Shown piece after piece: positions 22,948 through 36,980 of a DNA stretch of 64,000 bases (within the stretch, counting starts at the first letter, position 1; the number at the start of each line of letters is the position of its first letter). A program made the position numbers and the translations under genes. Source of the stretch: Octopus vulgaris (taxonomy: Eukaryota); the NCBI GenBank assembly GCA_951406725.2, contig OX597816.1, positions 8,122,001-8,186,000 of the forward strand. Direction: 5' to 3'. The notes below the pieces were generated by a model. The model made no database searches and was not told the origin of the DNA. It saw only the letters and a list, made by a program, of their open reading frames with translations.

Positions 22948-25353
22948 TTTGTTAGTTAGTTAGTTAATTTTTTGGCTCAAAAGCAAATAGCAAGGCCATG
23001 TAGGGGGACAGGGTGGTGTCCATGTAAAGAGTTCAGGCCACTTGAGGTCCAGGGAGGCTTTGAACAAAGCGGTCGTCGGCATCTTCACCATCTCGTCTGG
23101 CAGCTTGTTCCACGGATCCGCAACCCGGACGGAGAAAGCCCTCTCCTTCGATTGAGATGAAATCGTCGCAGGTAGAGCTTTTCGGAGTGACCCCGCAGCC
23201 GACGCTCTGGAGCAGGAGTGAAGAACAGCTCTTTCGAGAGGTTACACTTTCCGCTTATGATGTTGTGGGCGAGAATGAGCTCATCACGGCGGCGGCGTTT
23301 TTCTAGAGAATAAAGGTCGAGCGTCCTCAGCCTTTCTTCATAGGACAAATTTTTGAGACCATGAACCATGCGGGTAGCCAGCTGTATGTCTTTGAGGAGA
23401 TAAGGAGAAGAGGCTTGAATCCCGTACTCCAATATGGGTCTCACCAGCGTGACATAGAGTGGTAGGAATATGGCTGCTGTGAGCATTCCGAATGACCGTC
23501 GAATCAAGAACAGAATTCCGCGTGCTTTGTTGGCAGCATGGACGCACTGGGCCGAAGGCGAAAAGGAGGAATTCACCAAGATACCCAGGTCCTTTACCTG
23601 ATCGGTCCTCTCCAGCAGCAGACGACCCGGCTCGAAATCAAGTTGAGTTGCAGGAGGAGAGCCAACAGGCAGATGACAGCACTTTGACACGTTCAGACAC
23701 AGGTCCCATTCGTTAGACCACTTCCAAATTTGGTGGAGGCATCGACGAAGATCCTCTATATCACCGCGAGGAGCGACCAGTTTGATATCGTCGGCAAATA
23801 GAAGGGTATGTTGCGTGAGGTCGTCGGGCAAGTCATTTATGAAGACTAAGAACAATAAGGGCCCAAGCACTGAACCTTGAGGCACGCCACTGCTCGCACT
23901 GGAGACGTCGGACCGCGAACCATTAACTTGGACTTGGAAGGAGCGATCTGAGAGGAAGGCACCAACCCATCGTACAATATCCGGATGGAAACTATATGCT
24001 TGAAGCTTGACAAGTAATAGGCGGTAGTTTACCGAGTCAAAAGCTTTGGCAAAGTCCAATAAAACGATGTCAACAGCATCACTATCATCGAGGATGCGCG
24101 TCACCAATTCTTCCATTACAGGTAAGTTGGTCAAGCATGATCTCTTCGGCACGAAGCCGTGTTGGGAATCAGAGATAGAGGCTGTGTTTTGGAGGTGGAG
24201 CATCATACTTTTCTTAAGGATGGTTTCGAACATCTTGCTGATTATTGATGTAAGGGAAACCGGTCGGTAGTTAAGCGGGTCTTCGCGGCTCCCTTTCTTG
24301 AAAATTGGGCAGATTATCGCTGTTCTCCAGTCCGCAGGTATAACACCCGTCGCCAATGACATATTGAATAGACGTGTTAAGGGCTCGCAGATGACCGGAG
24401 CCAACGCTTTGATAACCCGTGGGTGTATGCCGTCAGGGCCATGACCCTTGTTGACATCGAGGCCTTGAATAACACGTTTGACTTCGTCCCGCGTGATGAC
24501 CAATCGAAGCATTGGAGGTACCGATCTATCAAATGGAGGGGGTTCACGACCATCATCTTGTTTGAAAATAGTTGAAAAAGCCTCGGCAAATAATTGACTC
24601 TGTTGATAAGGGTCCTCAATCGATACGCCTGTTGAGTCTACCAACGTTGCAATCTGGTTGTTCAAGCGGGAATTCCGTTGGACATGGGCAAAGAAGGTTT
24701 TTGGATTGCTACTGGCATTTGCCGCGATTTTGTATTCATAACTGAAGCGTTCTTCCTTTTCAATTTTCACGGCTCGGTCTCGTTGAGTTTTGTACACCTC
24801 AAAAGCTGCAGTCGAATCCAGATTTTTGAATTCAGCCCAAGCAATATCTCTGAGTCGACGTTCTCGTTTAACCTTCTTCGTCACCCAGGGCTTGTGTTTC
24901 TTCTTCTTGGGAAGCCCAACGGGAACTGCCTGGTCAGTCAACCAGATTACATATGCTTTGAGGGATGACCATAGTTCGTCAACTGAGGACAACGTCATCA
25001 GGGATCGCCAGTCCAGAAGCGCGGAAGCCTCGGTTAGAATTTCAAGATTAATTGCAGAGAAGACTCTACGTGGCAGCGAAGTAGTCGTGGGCGTAGAAAA
25101 AGTTGTGTGCATGACGAACTTCAGGACCGCATGATCACTCTTGGCAAGAGGGGCGCACACAGATACGTCTGACACTGATCTTGGATAGCGGGAGAATACC
25201 AGATCCAGCATAGATGGCTGCTGCCCAGACCGATGCCTTGTCGGATATTCAACATGTTGCGATAGAAAACAATCTTCAGCCACGTCAAGAAGGGCCTGGC
25301 CGAACCGGGAAGATGTTGTACAAATTGATGCGGGCCAGTCGATCGTGGGAGCG
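22948..25353 (-). mobile_element. CR1-group LINE, 5'-truncated, with (AACT)n tail, inserted in a trinucleotide array
   Basis: Long RT ORF, short 3' UTR and a TTAGTTAGTTAG tail on the plus strand. GTA/GCA repeats flank both sides. Confidence 0.9.
23085..25283 (-). CDS. LINE ORF2 reverse transcriptase with the C-terminal end of the AP endonuclease (CR1-group), truncated
   Basis: 732 aa with PTR..MLDLVF..SDH (APE end), GPDGIHP, NYRPVSLTS, QHGF, LDFAKAFDSV, SGVPQGSVLGPLLF, LFADDIKL and KDLGI. Frameshift close to the C-terminus. Confidence 0.93.
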   Translation of the reverse strand: MAEDCFLSQHVEYPTRHRSGQQPSMLDLVFSRYPRSVSDVSVCAPLAKSDHAVLKFVMHTTFSTPTTTSLPRRVFSAINLEILTEASALLDWRSLMTLSSVDELWSSLKAYVIWLTDQAVPVGLPKKKKHKPWVTKKVKRERRLRDIAWAEFKNLDSTAAFEVYKTQRDRAVKIEKEERFSYEYKIAANASSNPKTFFAHVQRNSRLNNQIATLVDSTGVSIEDPYQQSQLFAEAFSTIFKQDDGREPPPFDRSVPPMLRLVITRDEVKRVIQGLDVNKGHGPDGIHPRVIKALAPVICEPLTRLFNMSLATGVIPADWRTAIICPIFKKGSREDPLNYRPVSLTSIISKMFETILKKSMMLHLQNTASISDSQHGFVPKRSCLTNLPVMEELVTRILDDSDAVDIVLLDFAKAFDSVNYRLLLVKLQAYSFHPDIVRWVGAFLSDRSFQVQVNGSRSDVSSASSGVPQGSVLGPLLFLVFINDLPDDLTQHTLLFADDIKLVAPRGDIEDLRRCLHQIWKWSNEWDLCLNVSKCCHLPVGSPPATQLDFEPGRLLLERTDQVKDLGILVNSSFSPSAQCVHAANKARGILFLIRRSFGMLTAAIFLPLYVTLVRPILEYGIQASSPYLLKDIQLATRMVHGLKNLSYEERLRTLDLYSLEKRRRRDELILAHNIISGKCNLSKELFFTPAPERRLRGHSEKLYLRRFHLNRRRGLSPSGLRIRGTSCQTRW

Positions 25354-25408
25354 TTGTAGTAATAGTAGTAGTAGTAGTAATAATAATAGTAGTAGTGGTA
25401 GTAGCAGC

Positions 25409-25479
<71 letters not shown>

Positions 25480-25543
25480 TTGTAGTAGTAGTAATAGTAG
25501 TAGTGGTGGTGGTGGTGGTGGTGGTGGTCGTCGTCGTCGTCGT
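25354..25543. repeat. (GTA)n/(GCA)n/(GTG)n microsatellite
   Basis: Direct reading. Confidence 0.95.
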
Positions 25544-26168
25544 TTTATTGCTTTTTGCTTATGACAGTAGTTGTGTTGTCAGTCAATGGAGGAAGGTTTG
25601 ATTTTTGCTCTGACTTTCGCCCTCTTTGGACCCTTTTATAACATTGAATCGCAAGAACAAAATGAACAGACGACCAGCCTTGCTGTTGTTGAGTAACTTC
25701 AGTCAGATCGGCTGCAATAAGCCTATTATTAGCTCGGATTATAATATCAAGTTTGTGACAGTAGTCATCTTATCCTTAGCAGGAACAGGAGCAGGCATTT
25801 TGCTGTCCTAAGATTTAGGACATGAAATGTGTGGTCGACATATTTAAAAAACACAGCTGATATGTAAGAATTGGGCTGTCATGGTTGGGTTGGTTAAGGA
25901 ATTAAATAGAAACTTTGTAACTTATGAGCGGCGTATGAAAATTGTTTTTGCTGCCTTTCAAATCAAACCACATTCTACGCCCATAAAAGGTCAGCCAGGT
26001 GAGATTCGATCGTGATTTGGCTACTATTTCTGGTAAATAAAGTGATTATAACAAATATCAACTTATTAATTCGTGAGAATCATCTCTTATAAAGTTTTGG
26101 TGTTGAAAATAGTGAAATATTCAAGCAAACATTAAACTAATGGCTTCTCATGTTGATACACGGCCAAA

Positions 26169-26558
26169 TCTATATATATAAACCTGAAGTTGTCTGTGTG
26201 TGGCAGGTTTGGCAGCCTTCAACTAACTCTATCTCCTCCAAGACCCTGCGGCGCAAGTTGACCAAAATTGAGAGTATGATAGAAGAAGGCTTGCTCTTCA
26301 TTCCGTAGAAGATAAAATTCAAATCGGACCATGTAAAGACCAAAAATTATTTACATAAAAAAGGTGGGGGGCTTTCTATGAAAATCCCCATTTTTACAAT
26401 TTTTTGACTACTGTGTCGCCATTTTTCGGTGTATTTCAACCAGGAAAATGTTCACTTAAAGAGAATAACAAGCTACATAATGCAAAATTTTTACTTTTCA
26501 AAAATTCCAATTCTAAAGGGTCGAAACAAATCCGAGCAACGCCGGGCGATACTGCTAG
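26169..26558 (+). mobile_element. Non-autonomous Helitron
   Basis: A|TC start, subterminal hairpin, CTAG|T end. Homologous to 5400-5792. Confidence 0.85.
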
Positions 26559-27793
26559 TATTTGTAAAAAAAAAAAAAAAAAGGTATGAATAGTCGATTG
26601 AATCGGATGCTGTCCATGAATATTAATTTATTAACCTTGACGGGGTTTGAAATCAGAATGCAAAGGACAGAACGAAATCTAGTACATCCATAAATAAGTG
26701 ACTCATCAGTGATGCAAAAATTTGAGCTCGGCAGTAAAAGTTAGCCGAACACTCGTCAACTAAACAATGCTCCCACTGTTTACTTTTGTGCCGTTGTTGA
26801 TCCCTCAGTCGGTCAGCTGAGACGTTAATGGAATGGTTAAGTGAAATTGGGCAACTGGAAATTATTTTAATACGGAGTCGGAGATAAAAGACATCGAGGT
26901 GGATTACAAGAATATCCGCTTTTCGATATTTTTGAGGAAATCTGTTTTCCTTCAACAGGAAATTACAATTTGCCGTGAGCAGATTATAAGAGGATAATCT
27001 GGCCATTACAGAATCTGAGTTGATTCTAAATGTATTGAAACGGTTTTAATAATCGAGTTAGAATTTGTGTCGAATCTTCGGAACGAAAAGAAAAGAGAGA
27101 AAGAAAAGCGAGAGAAAAAGAAACAGAACGGAAGAAAGAAAGAGGGAGAGATAGAAGAAAGAAAGGAAGAATCGGTCGGGGAGCTGAGAGAGACAAGAGA
27201 AAACGAGGGAAGCAGAAATACATATAAAGTGTGTTTACGTGTGCGCATGCGTGTGAGTTTAGTTTAAGTGAGCATGACTAAAATATTAATGACTGTCATG
27301 GGAGAAATTACATATATATATATATATATACAAAAAAGAGCGTAGAAAGTTAGTCTAGTGAATGGTAGTTTGTTTTACAGCACGAAATTACTAGGCAAAA
27401 CATTTTCACACGATTTTCTATTCCTTCCCCAATGGCTGCCAAGCGTTAGTTTCCTTGCGTGAGAAACGCAGTATGTTAATCATTATACTGTACTATCATA
27501 CGATGGAAATACAAGGCAAAAATCAATTTTGTCTGGTTCAATAGTGAAAGATTGTTAGAGGTTTTTTCTTACTATGTACCGGATAAAACGACCAAAGGAA
27601 AATATATTGCCAAATCTTTGAATTTCCAATTTTCACACAAAATTTTTTTCCCCTCTCTTTTTACAGAGTTGATAATAATTTAATCGTAAACTATCCGTGT
27701 GTCTGTCATTGAATCACTCGACAACATCCGAGCAATTATAAATATATTCCAGACTTTGAACTTACTACGGCTTAGTATAACGTGTACGTATAT

Positions 27794-27881
<88 letters not shown>

Positions 27882-28091
27882 ATATGTATGTATATATATC
27901 AAGGGCGTATATTCTGGATGTGCTAGGTGTATGCAGCACACCCATCAAAAATGGCAAATTCGTTATAAATATCAACCTGGCTCATTAAATCCCAAATCTT
28001 AATGGAGAACTTTTGTTATACCTCTGCTTGAAATTTGGTGGCGTTGGGTGTGGCAGCACACCGAATACAACAACACCATACACCACTGGTA

Positions 28092-28422
<331 letters not shown>

Positions 28423-28596
28423 GGGTATTTGTCTCCCCTTCGTAAATGTATATAAGGACACAGGAAAAATGTGTCAAAGTCATCAAGAGGCGTCGATGCT
28501 TCCTAGGGCTAAACAGCGGTGGTGTAACCCCCTACTGTCACGTTCGTGTTAGATTGACAGTATACAACCATTCTATATATATATGTATATATATAT

Positions 28597-28792
28597 AGAC
28601 GCTGGAGTGGGTATGTGGTAAGTAGCTTGCTTACCGACCACATGGTTCCGGGTTCAGACCCACTGCGTGGCACCTTGGGCAGATGTCTTCTACTATAGCC
28701 TCGGGCCGACCAAAGCCTTGTGAGAGGATTTGGTAGACGGAAACTGAAAGAAGCCCGTCGTATATATGTATATATGTATGTATATACGTATG

Positions 28793-28866
<74 letters not shown>

Positions 28867-29085
28867 TGCATATGTTTGTGTATCTGCTTGTCCCCCCCAA
28901 CATTGCTTGACAACTGATGCTGGTGTGTTTACTTCCCCGTAACTTAGCGGTTCGGCAAAAAGAGAGATAGAATAAATACTAGGCTTACAAAGAATAAAGT
29001 CCTGAGGTCGATTTGTTCGACTGAAGGCGGTGCTCCAGCATGGCCGCAGTCAAACGACTGAAACAACTAAAAGAATAAAAGACTA
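28597..29085 (+). mobile_element. SINE family B
   Basis: Consensus structure. Confidence 0.88.
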
Positions 29086-29407
29086 TATACTAAGGTCCTG
29101 CTAGGGTAGAAAGATAGGGTATTATTTCCAAGGCAGCACTCAACATGAGCTTCAGGCCATCTACACCCTCGGACTACAGCCTTAAGTAAGATGGAAATTC
29201 TTCAATTGTCGAAAATCCAGGCATCACAATGGTAAAACCATTTTATGGGTTTAGCGAAGAATAAAACATAAATCAAAGAAGAAGACTACAGACTTGGTAT
29301 AGAAACAATTGTAACGAGTTATTGAAGATGTGATGATCTCTTTCTTCATATATATATATATATTTACATACATACATACATATATACATACATACGCACA
29401 CACACAC

Positions 29408-29795
29408 TCGGGATAGAGAAGAGAAACTGTGTACAGTTGTGGAATTTAGCTGCCCGGCGGATGTTAACATAAAGCTGAAGATCAGTGGAAAAGAGAACAC
29501 TCACGCTGAACTATTGAGAAATCTGCAGTTAATCTATCCAGATTACACGTTCATGTCTATACCTGTAATTATTGGGGCCCTGGGAAGTATAACACACTGC
29601 CTAAATACCAATCTTGAGAAATTAGGCTTCTCAAATCCAGAATGGAGAAAGCTAATTCGAAGGCTACAGATCCAATCCATCACTGGAACTGTAAAAATCT
29701 GTGAAACTTTCCAGAAGTTTATCATTAAATATATATGAGTATGTCTAGATATGCAAGTATATGCAGAAGACATACATAAAACTTACAAATCTGCA
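29408..29795 (+). mobile_element. 3' end of an RLE-type (R4/Dong-like) LINE
   Basis: DREEKLCTVVEFSCPADVNI..KENTHAELL..IPVIIGALG is a restriction-like endonuclease C-terminus. Runs into (CATA)n; second copy at 50385-50730. Confidence 0.8.
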
Positions 29796-29913
29796 CATAC
29801 ATACATACATACATACATACATACATAAATACATACATACATACATACATACATACATACATACATACATAAATACATACACACATACATACATACATAC
29901 ATACATACATACA

Positions 29914-29945
<32 letters not shown>

Positions 29946-30660
29946 CATACATACATACATACATACATACATACATACATACATACATAGATACATACAT
30001 ACATACATACATACACACATACATACATACATACATACATACATACAAAATACATACATACATACATACATACATACATACATACATACATACATACATA
30101 CATACATACATACATACATACATACATACATACATACACACATATACATACATACATACATACATACATACATACATACATACATACATACATACATACA
30201 TACATAAATACATACATACATACATACATACATACATACATACATAAATACATACACACATACATACATACATACATACATACATACATACATACATACA
30301 TACATAGATACATACATACATACATACATACATACATACATACATACATACATACATACATACATACATACATACATACATACATACATACATACATACA
30401 CACACATACATACACACATACATACATACATACATACATACATACATACATACATACATACATACATACATACATACATACATACATACATACATACATA
30501 CATACATACATACATACATACATACATACATACATACATACATACATGCATACATACATACTTGCATAAATATATACATACATACACACACACATACATA
30601 CATACACAAACATACAAATAATACATACATACATACATACATACATACATACATACACAC
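29795..30660. repeat. (CATA)n array of about 870 bp
   Basis: Direct reading. Confidence 0.97.
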
Positions 30661-31773
30661 ACGCTGACTCCCTCATCTTGTCCAATGAAAGCCGTCTCAC
30701 ATTTAGCCTGATTGTTCTGGTTTACTTTCGTCTTTTACAAGTGCACAGATATCCATCGCCACATGACTTTATAAAATGCGAAACGGATCAAGAAACGAAA
30801 CGATAAGAAATCTGTACGTCTCGGTGGCCGCATGGAATTGCATTGATAAGCATTGAAAGACGACTGCTACTGTTTTGACTGCAAGTTTTATGTCAAAATA
30901 TCTTTCTTCTAGAAGAACTACCTCCGCCACGGCTTTCTTTAACATAACGGGAGTCTTCTCTACTCTCGGGGAATTTATTTAACTCATAGATAGCACCCAG
31001 ACAAGTACCACCGATCCGGGTCAGAATGGACCCGGAGAGTAACGGTAAGTAAAGGGTAACTCCATACTCCCCATATCTCATACATACATACATACATACA
31101 TACATACATACATAAATACATACATACATATATTCATACATACATACATACATACATACATACATACATACATACATACATACATACATACATACATACA
31201 TACATACATAAAAAAACGCACATACACACATGCACACATACATACATGCATACATACATATAACGAATTCTCCTCTTGATCACTCGTGATGGTTTCAGCT
31301 GGTTTTGCTTTCAAATTGCTGACTCTTCACGTAATCGCTCACAATTGTATTGTCACGGGACGTCGTAGATGAAGGTAGCCATGACAGACAAAGGATAAAG
31401 GATACGAGATGCTGGTAGTCGAGTTGGGTTCAGGCTGCGTATAACGAATGCACGACTCGTGAGCAATTAACAGATTTTTATTTTACCTCAACAAATAATT
31501 TTCATGTTGGTCAGGAATTAGAAATTGTCACCAGAGAGTTTATGCACCGGAAAGAATATTATGTGGCTCTTGTAAATTGTTGGTTAAAAAGACTGTAATT
31601 ACATTGCCAAGGCAGGAGAAAATATACACACTGAGTTCGTGTCGGCGAACTGTAGCCGCATGTCTGAGTAAGGGTCCTAACAAGGCTTATAGATACTTCA
31701 GTATTGTGAAAGCCAACAGCTAAGCTTACCACATATTCCCTTTGCTGTTTTTACTTAAGTATCTATAAGCCTT

Positions 31774-32182
31774 TACTCTTTTACTCTTTTACTTGTTTCA
31801 GTCATTTGACTGCGGCCATGCTGGAGCACCGCCTTTTAGTCGAGCAAATCGACCCCGGGACATATTCTTTGTAAGCCCAGTACTTATTCTATCGGTCTCT
31901 TTTGCCGAACCGCTAAGTGACGGGGACGTAAACACACCAGCATCGGTTGTCAAGCAATGCTAGGGGGACAAACACAGACACACAAACACACACACACACA
32001 TATATAAATATATATACATATATACGACAGGCTTCTTTCAGTTTCCGTCTACCAAATCCACTCACAAGGCATTGGTCGGCCCGGGGCTATAGCAGAAGAC
32101 ACTTGCCCAAGATGCCACGCAGTGCGACTGAACCCGGAACCATGTGGCTGGTAAGCAAGCTACTTACCACACAGCCACGCCT
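31774..32182 (-). mobile_element. SINE family B, full length
   Basis: Reverse complement of the consensus. Confidence 0.9.
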
Positions 32183-32681
32183 TGTTTGGTGAATATTCTG
32201 GAGACGTCTAAAAAGATACATCACGCGATGTCTGGCTACTGACTGGTCCATAAATCGGTCGATCACATAGAAAAGCTGTTACTAAACTGTGATTTTAAAT
32301 TCGTCGATTCGGTTTCGATTCTTCCTATAGTTTCAATCTGTTTAGTATCAAGTGGTTACACTGTGAGAACAAACGACAATTCAGATTTCATTATGTCGTG
32401 AATAAGTGGATCTGAATGGCTAAAATTACATGAAAATAAAAATTAAAATCTTTACAGGTTCGTAACTTTTTAATTATTAATTCTTCTTTAAAAGAAATGG
32501 TTGGGATTTTCATAATTGGCCTGAAACACTACACTTGTGAAGAATTTTTTTTATTAAAACCGGAACAAGTGTGTGAAACCGAAACAGTGAAAGGAATCGG
32601 AATGATCGGTTGGGAATCGGGAATACTTGCGGAGCTGAGAGAAGATGGTCTTGAAAGAATTGCTGTGCAGGGTAAAACCGG

Positions 32682-33098
32682 GGATCTTTTCGGTTTGAAC
32701 GGCAGTTTTTCTAGCGGTGTCATATGAAATTGTCACCCATAATTATGACCCTAGTATCGATCTATTGCATTTCAATTTGTTTTAGGGTTAGGGTTAGGGG
32801 TAGGGGGAAGGGTATCTTTTTTTTCTTCAGAAATGTAAATAAACCCAATCTGTTTCTTAAACGAAGCACATATTCATACGGCACAGAATGTTTTCACCTC
32901 AATAGACGTCATTGATTGGTTGAAATTGCAGAAATTGAAGGAAAAAAACAACAAATATCTTACAATCTCTAGAATTTTCTCAATAAAGCCAAGAGAAAAA
33001 GATGTTTTATAAACACATTCTACCAGTATACGAAGTTTAAAAGTGTTTAGTTACGTGGAAATTATTAAAAAAAACTGCCGTTCAAACCGAAAAGATCC
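32682..33098 (+). mobile_element. MITE with 29-bp TIRs and a 9-bp TSD (MULE-like)
   Basis: GGATCTTTTCGGTTTGAACGGCAGTTTTT ... AAAAACTGCCGTTCAAACCGAAAAGATCC, with TAAAACCGG on both sides. Confidence 0.92.
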
Positions 33099-33584
33099 TA
33101 AAACCGGTCCAGTTTGTAAAGGTGGTCATTTCTCTTTTTTTAATTTTTTTTTCTTTTTGTCTGAAGTGTTGTAGTTATGAGTGACTCATTTGGTGGGTTT
33201 GTCGTTGTAAGTTTGTGGGGAGTGGCAAGTCTGAAAGGATGGTTTCGTTTATCTACTTAGTTCTACGTCAATGCAATGTGCTGCCAGAGATAAGTGGGTA
33301 GCACAGAATTGACTGAGTGCCGACTAATCAGTCTATCAAAGATGTAGTATGAGACCCGGGTTAGCTTTGCTGCTGCTCCTTGATAACGAACTCATAGCTT
33401 TGTAGATAAGAAGCGGAACAATTGTCGTCTCAGAATACTGACACAGAAGAATGAACTGATCCAGAAGAGCAAAGGCAAAAAGGCATGAAGAAATGATAAA
33501 CCGGGAAAGATTTTAAAATAGAAAATTCTAAAAATGGAAAGGAAAAAAGTGGAAATTAATAAAATAGAAATAATCTGAAAATAG

Positions 33585-33950
33585 AAATGCTTAGCAGTAT
33601 TTCGTCTGTCTTTACGTTCCGAGTTCAAATTCCGCCGAGGTCGACTTTGCCTTTCATCCTTTCGGAGTCGATAAATTAAGTACCAGTTACGCACTGGGGT
33701 CGACGTAATCGACTTAATCCGTTTGTCTGTCCTTGTTTGTCCCCTCTATGTTTAGCCCCTTGTGGATTGTAAAGAAATAAGTATTTCGTCTGTCTTTACG
33801 TTCTGAGTTCAAATTCCGCCGAGGTCGAGTTTGCCTTTCATCCCTGCGGGGTCGATAAATTACGTACCATTTGCGTACAGGGGTCGATCTAATCGTCAGG
33901 ACCCCTCCCCTAAAATTTCGAGCCTTGTGCCTAGAGTAGAAACGAATATT
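33585..33950 (+). mobile_element. SINE family A dimer, 5'-truncated
   Basis: Two Meta-like domains, tail 1 then tail 2. Confidence 0.85.
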
Positions 33951-34255
33951 GCTGAGTAAATAATGTTGTAACTGTAATTGTGACTTATTTGGGCCTTGAT
34001 TACTAAAGTTATAAAATATAACCCACAAGATTTCAGCGAAGAAGAACTCATAACTAATTTTACTTGGATAAATGTTATATCACAACAATCCGCAAGTATA
34101 CAAAACTGTCCGCAAGACAACAAACCCGAACGAGAAACGCGTATTTGGATGAGAGACTGACTTTTCAGGTAAGCGCCAGGTTGAACGCCAGGTTGAACGC
34201 CAGGTTCACGCGTTAAAAACGTTCGCGTGCCAAAAAAAAAAAAAGTCGTCTTATA

Positions 34256-34406
34256 GGCGCATGAGTGGCTGTGTGGTAAGTAGCTTGCTTACCAACAACA
34301 TGGTTCCGGGTTCAGTCCCACTGGGCAAGTGTCTTCTGCTATAGCCCCGGGCCGACCAATGCCTTGTGAGTGGATTTGGTAGACGGAAACTGAAAGAAGC
34401 CTGTCG

Positions 34407-34459
<53 letters not shown>

Positions 34460-34655
34460 TTGTCCCATTAGCATTGCTTGACAACCGATGCTGGTGTGTT
34501 TACGTCCCCGTTACTTAGCGGTTCGGCAAAAGAGACCGATAGAATAAGTACTGGGCTTACAAAGAATAAGTCCCGGGGTCGATGTGCTCGACTAAAGGCG
34601 GTGCTCCAGCATGGCCGCAGTCAAATGACTGAAACAAGTAAAAGAATAAAGAGTA
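34256..34655 (+). mobile_element. SINE family B
   Basis: Consensus structure. Confidence 0.9.
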
Positions 34656-35172
34656 GAGTTATAGCTAACAAATAATTTCCTGAAGAAAATATAAAACCAT
34701 TTCCAGAAGAACAAAAGGGTAATGTGATGTGTTTTGTAGTTGTATAAACAAAGCCTTAAGAAGAGAGAAGTGCTCAGGATGGCAAGAATTAATTTTCAAA
34801 CAACGTTTTGGCAGTGATCCATGTAAGCGAATCATTGAAACAGACCTGAATAAGGCAGCAGCAATAATTAGCAAGTAATGATGCATGTCTTGAATAAATT
34901 ATTCAAGAAACGAAAGAGGAACAAATGCCGTCTCTTTTAAGAGGGAATAAAATATTTAAGCAATTTGTTAAACCAGACTCGACTCGGATATAGATGTTAT
35001 GGATGGGCAGTCAAGAATTGTTTTATATCTAGACGAGCTTATGATAAACAATTAAAAGTACTGCTAGAGTCACTAGGCGAAGGTGTACGAGAAAAACTGA
35101 CATGAAATATGGATTAGACAAATTTACCAGGGTAACCCTACAGAGAGAATAATAAAGAACATCATGCTAGAT

Positions 35173-35263
<91 letters not shown>

Positions 35264-36209
35264 AATAGGTAGATAGATAAAGAGAGAAGGAGGGTGAGAT
35301 AGAGAGATAGAGAGAAGGTTTATAGAGTTATAAAATATCTAGGAATAAATAAATTCCCCAGCGTATGCCATAAGAAGGAAATGAAAGAATGAAACGATTG
35401 ACTCATAATAAAGAAGTGAAATTGAAGCTGTGCATGTGTTATTATTGGCATAATGACCCTCTCAAGACGCAACGAAATTTGTTTCAACAGACGAATTTAC
35501 ACCAAGAATCTTGCATACCAAATACAAAAACGAAATTTTTTTAAGCGGTTGTAAATTAAAACTTAAAACAACGCAAAATGGAAAATATATGGAAGTTGGC
35601 GAGGCGATACTAAGTTATAACAATAATACTGAGGGTTGTACACTAATTGACATGGCGAGACAGGAAAAGAAGGATGCACCGCCCCGAATCTGACATAGAA
35701 ATGGTGCTTACCACAAATGCACAGAGTGGAGCAGGGTGGGGGGAACTTCTACAATAAAAACCTATTATATCTACTCTGACTACGGAACACCACCAGAAAT
35801 AACAACACTAACACCACCATCACGAAGAGAAGAAGAAGAAGAAGAAGAAGAAGAAGAAGAAGAAGAAGAAGAAGAAGAAGAAGAAGAAGAAGAAGAAGAA
35901 GGAGGAGGAGGAGGAGAAAAACAACAACAACAACACTGTTTCCTTCCTTTCTTCAAAGAAAATAACAAATATAAACAGAAGCTGAAGTAACAATTTTAAG
36001 GGAACGGGGCACAAATAATAATAATAATAATGATGATGATGATGATGATGATGATGATGGTAATAATAATAATAATTTCTAAATAACTTTATTTAATTTT
36101 GTAAATGAACAATCAGAAGTGTTTATTTTAATGGCCAATACAGTGAGTTAGCCCTAGGTGTCGGGAAGACACGCAGTAAGAAATGGAAACAAGATTGAAG
36201 AAAAACACA

Positions 36210-36258
<49 letters not shown>

Positions 36259-36284
36259 GATGATTATGATGATGATGATGATAC

Positions 36285-36928
36285 AAAACGGTTCTGACTC
36301 TAATTGCAGACTCGGTGACACATTTGACGAAGCAATAGACCATCCCGTATCGGGATGTCCTGTGTTAACCCCAAACGAATACAAAAATCGCCACGATAGG
36401 GGTAGGCTAGTATTTACAGTGGAAAATATGTAAACACTACAAAATCAGCATTTCTGCTTACTGGTATGAACATCATCCTGAGCCAGACGTTGAAGGTAAA
36501 AATGTCACTATCCTCTGGGATCTCCCAGTCAACACCGACAGAACGATGCTGGCTAATCGACCAGACATAGTCATTAAAGACGAAGACGGAAATACTTGTA
36601 GATTAATATATGTAAGTGTTCCTACTGATAAAAATATATCTGTAAAGGAGTTTGGCAAATTAAGTAAATATAAGGACCTGGAAATTGAAATACAAAAGAT
36701 GTGACATTTTAAAGCGAGAGCTGTTCCTGTTATTGCGGGAGTGAGTATAAATCAAGACATGACAGAATTGGCCAATATCTACACCGCTTAATATATCGGC
36801 TTTACAAAATCAAAGCTGTTGACAAGTGGTATAATCCCTGAGTCTGTAACTGAGGGAGAAAATGTAACGATTCTTTGGGACTTCCCAGTAAGTACAGACA
36901 GAACCATTGAAGCTAATAAACTGGGTAT
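36285..36928 (+). mobile_element. R4/Dong-clade LINE fragments (CCHC and RLE domain), two overlapping pieces
   Basis: CRL..EAIDHPVSGCPVLTPNEYKNRHDR, then WYEHHPEP..VTILWDLPVNTDRTMLANRPDIVIKD..KLSKYKDLEIEI. The motif VTILWDFPVSTDRTIEANK recurs at 36860-36925. Confidence 0.85.
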
Positions 36929-36929
36929 T

Positions 36930-36980
<51 letters not shown>

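Noticed and set aside
26653-27006. 117-aa minus ORF below a CT-rich tract
   Set aside because: No recognisable domain or splice support; length is compatible with chance.
29725-30700. Long MYVC-repeat ORFs (also 38719-39996)
   Set aside because: Tetranucleotide arrays lack stop codons by construction.
34173-34206. CGCCAGGTTGAA repeated about three times (similar short tandems at 20281 and 44755)
   Set aside because: Ordinary slippage duplications with no further structure.
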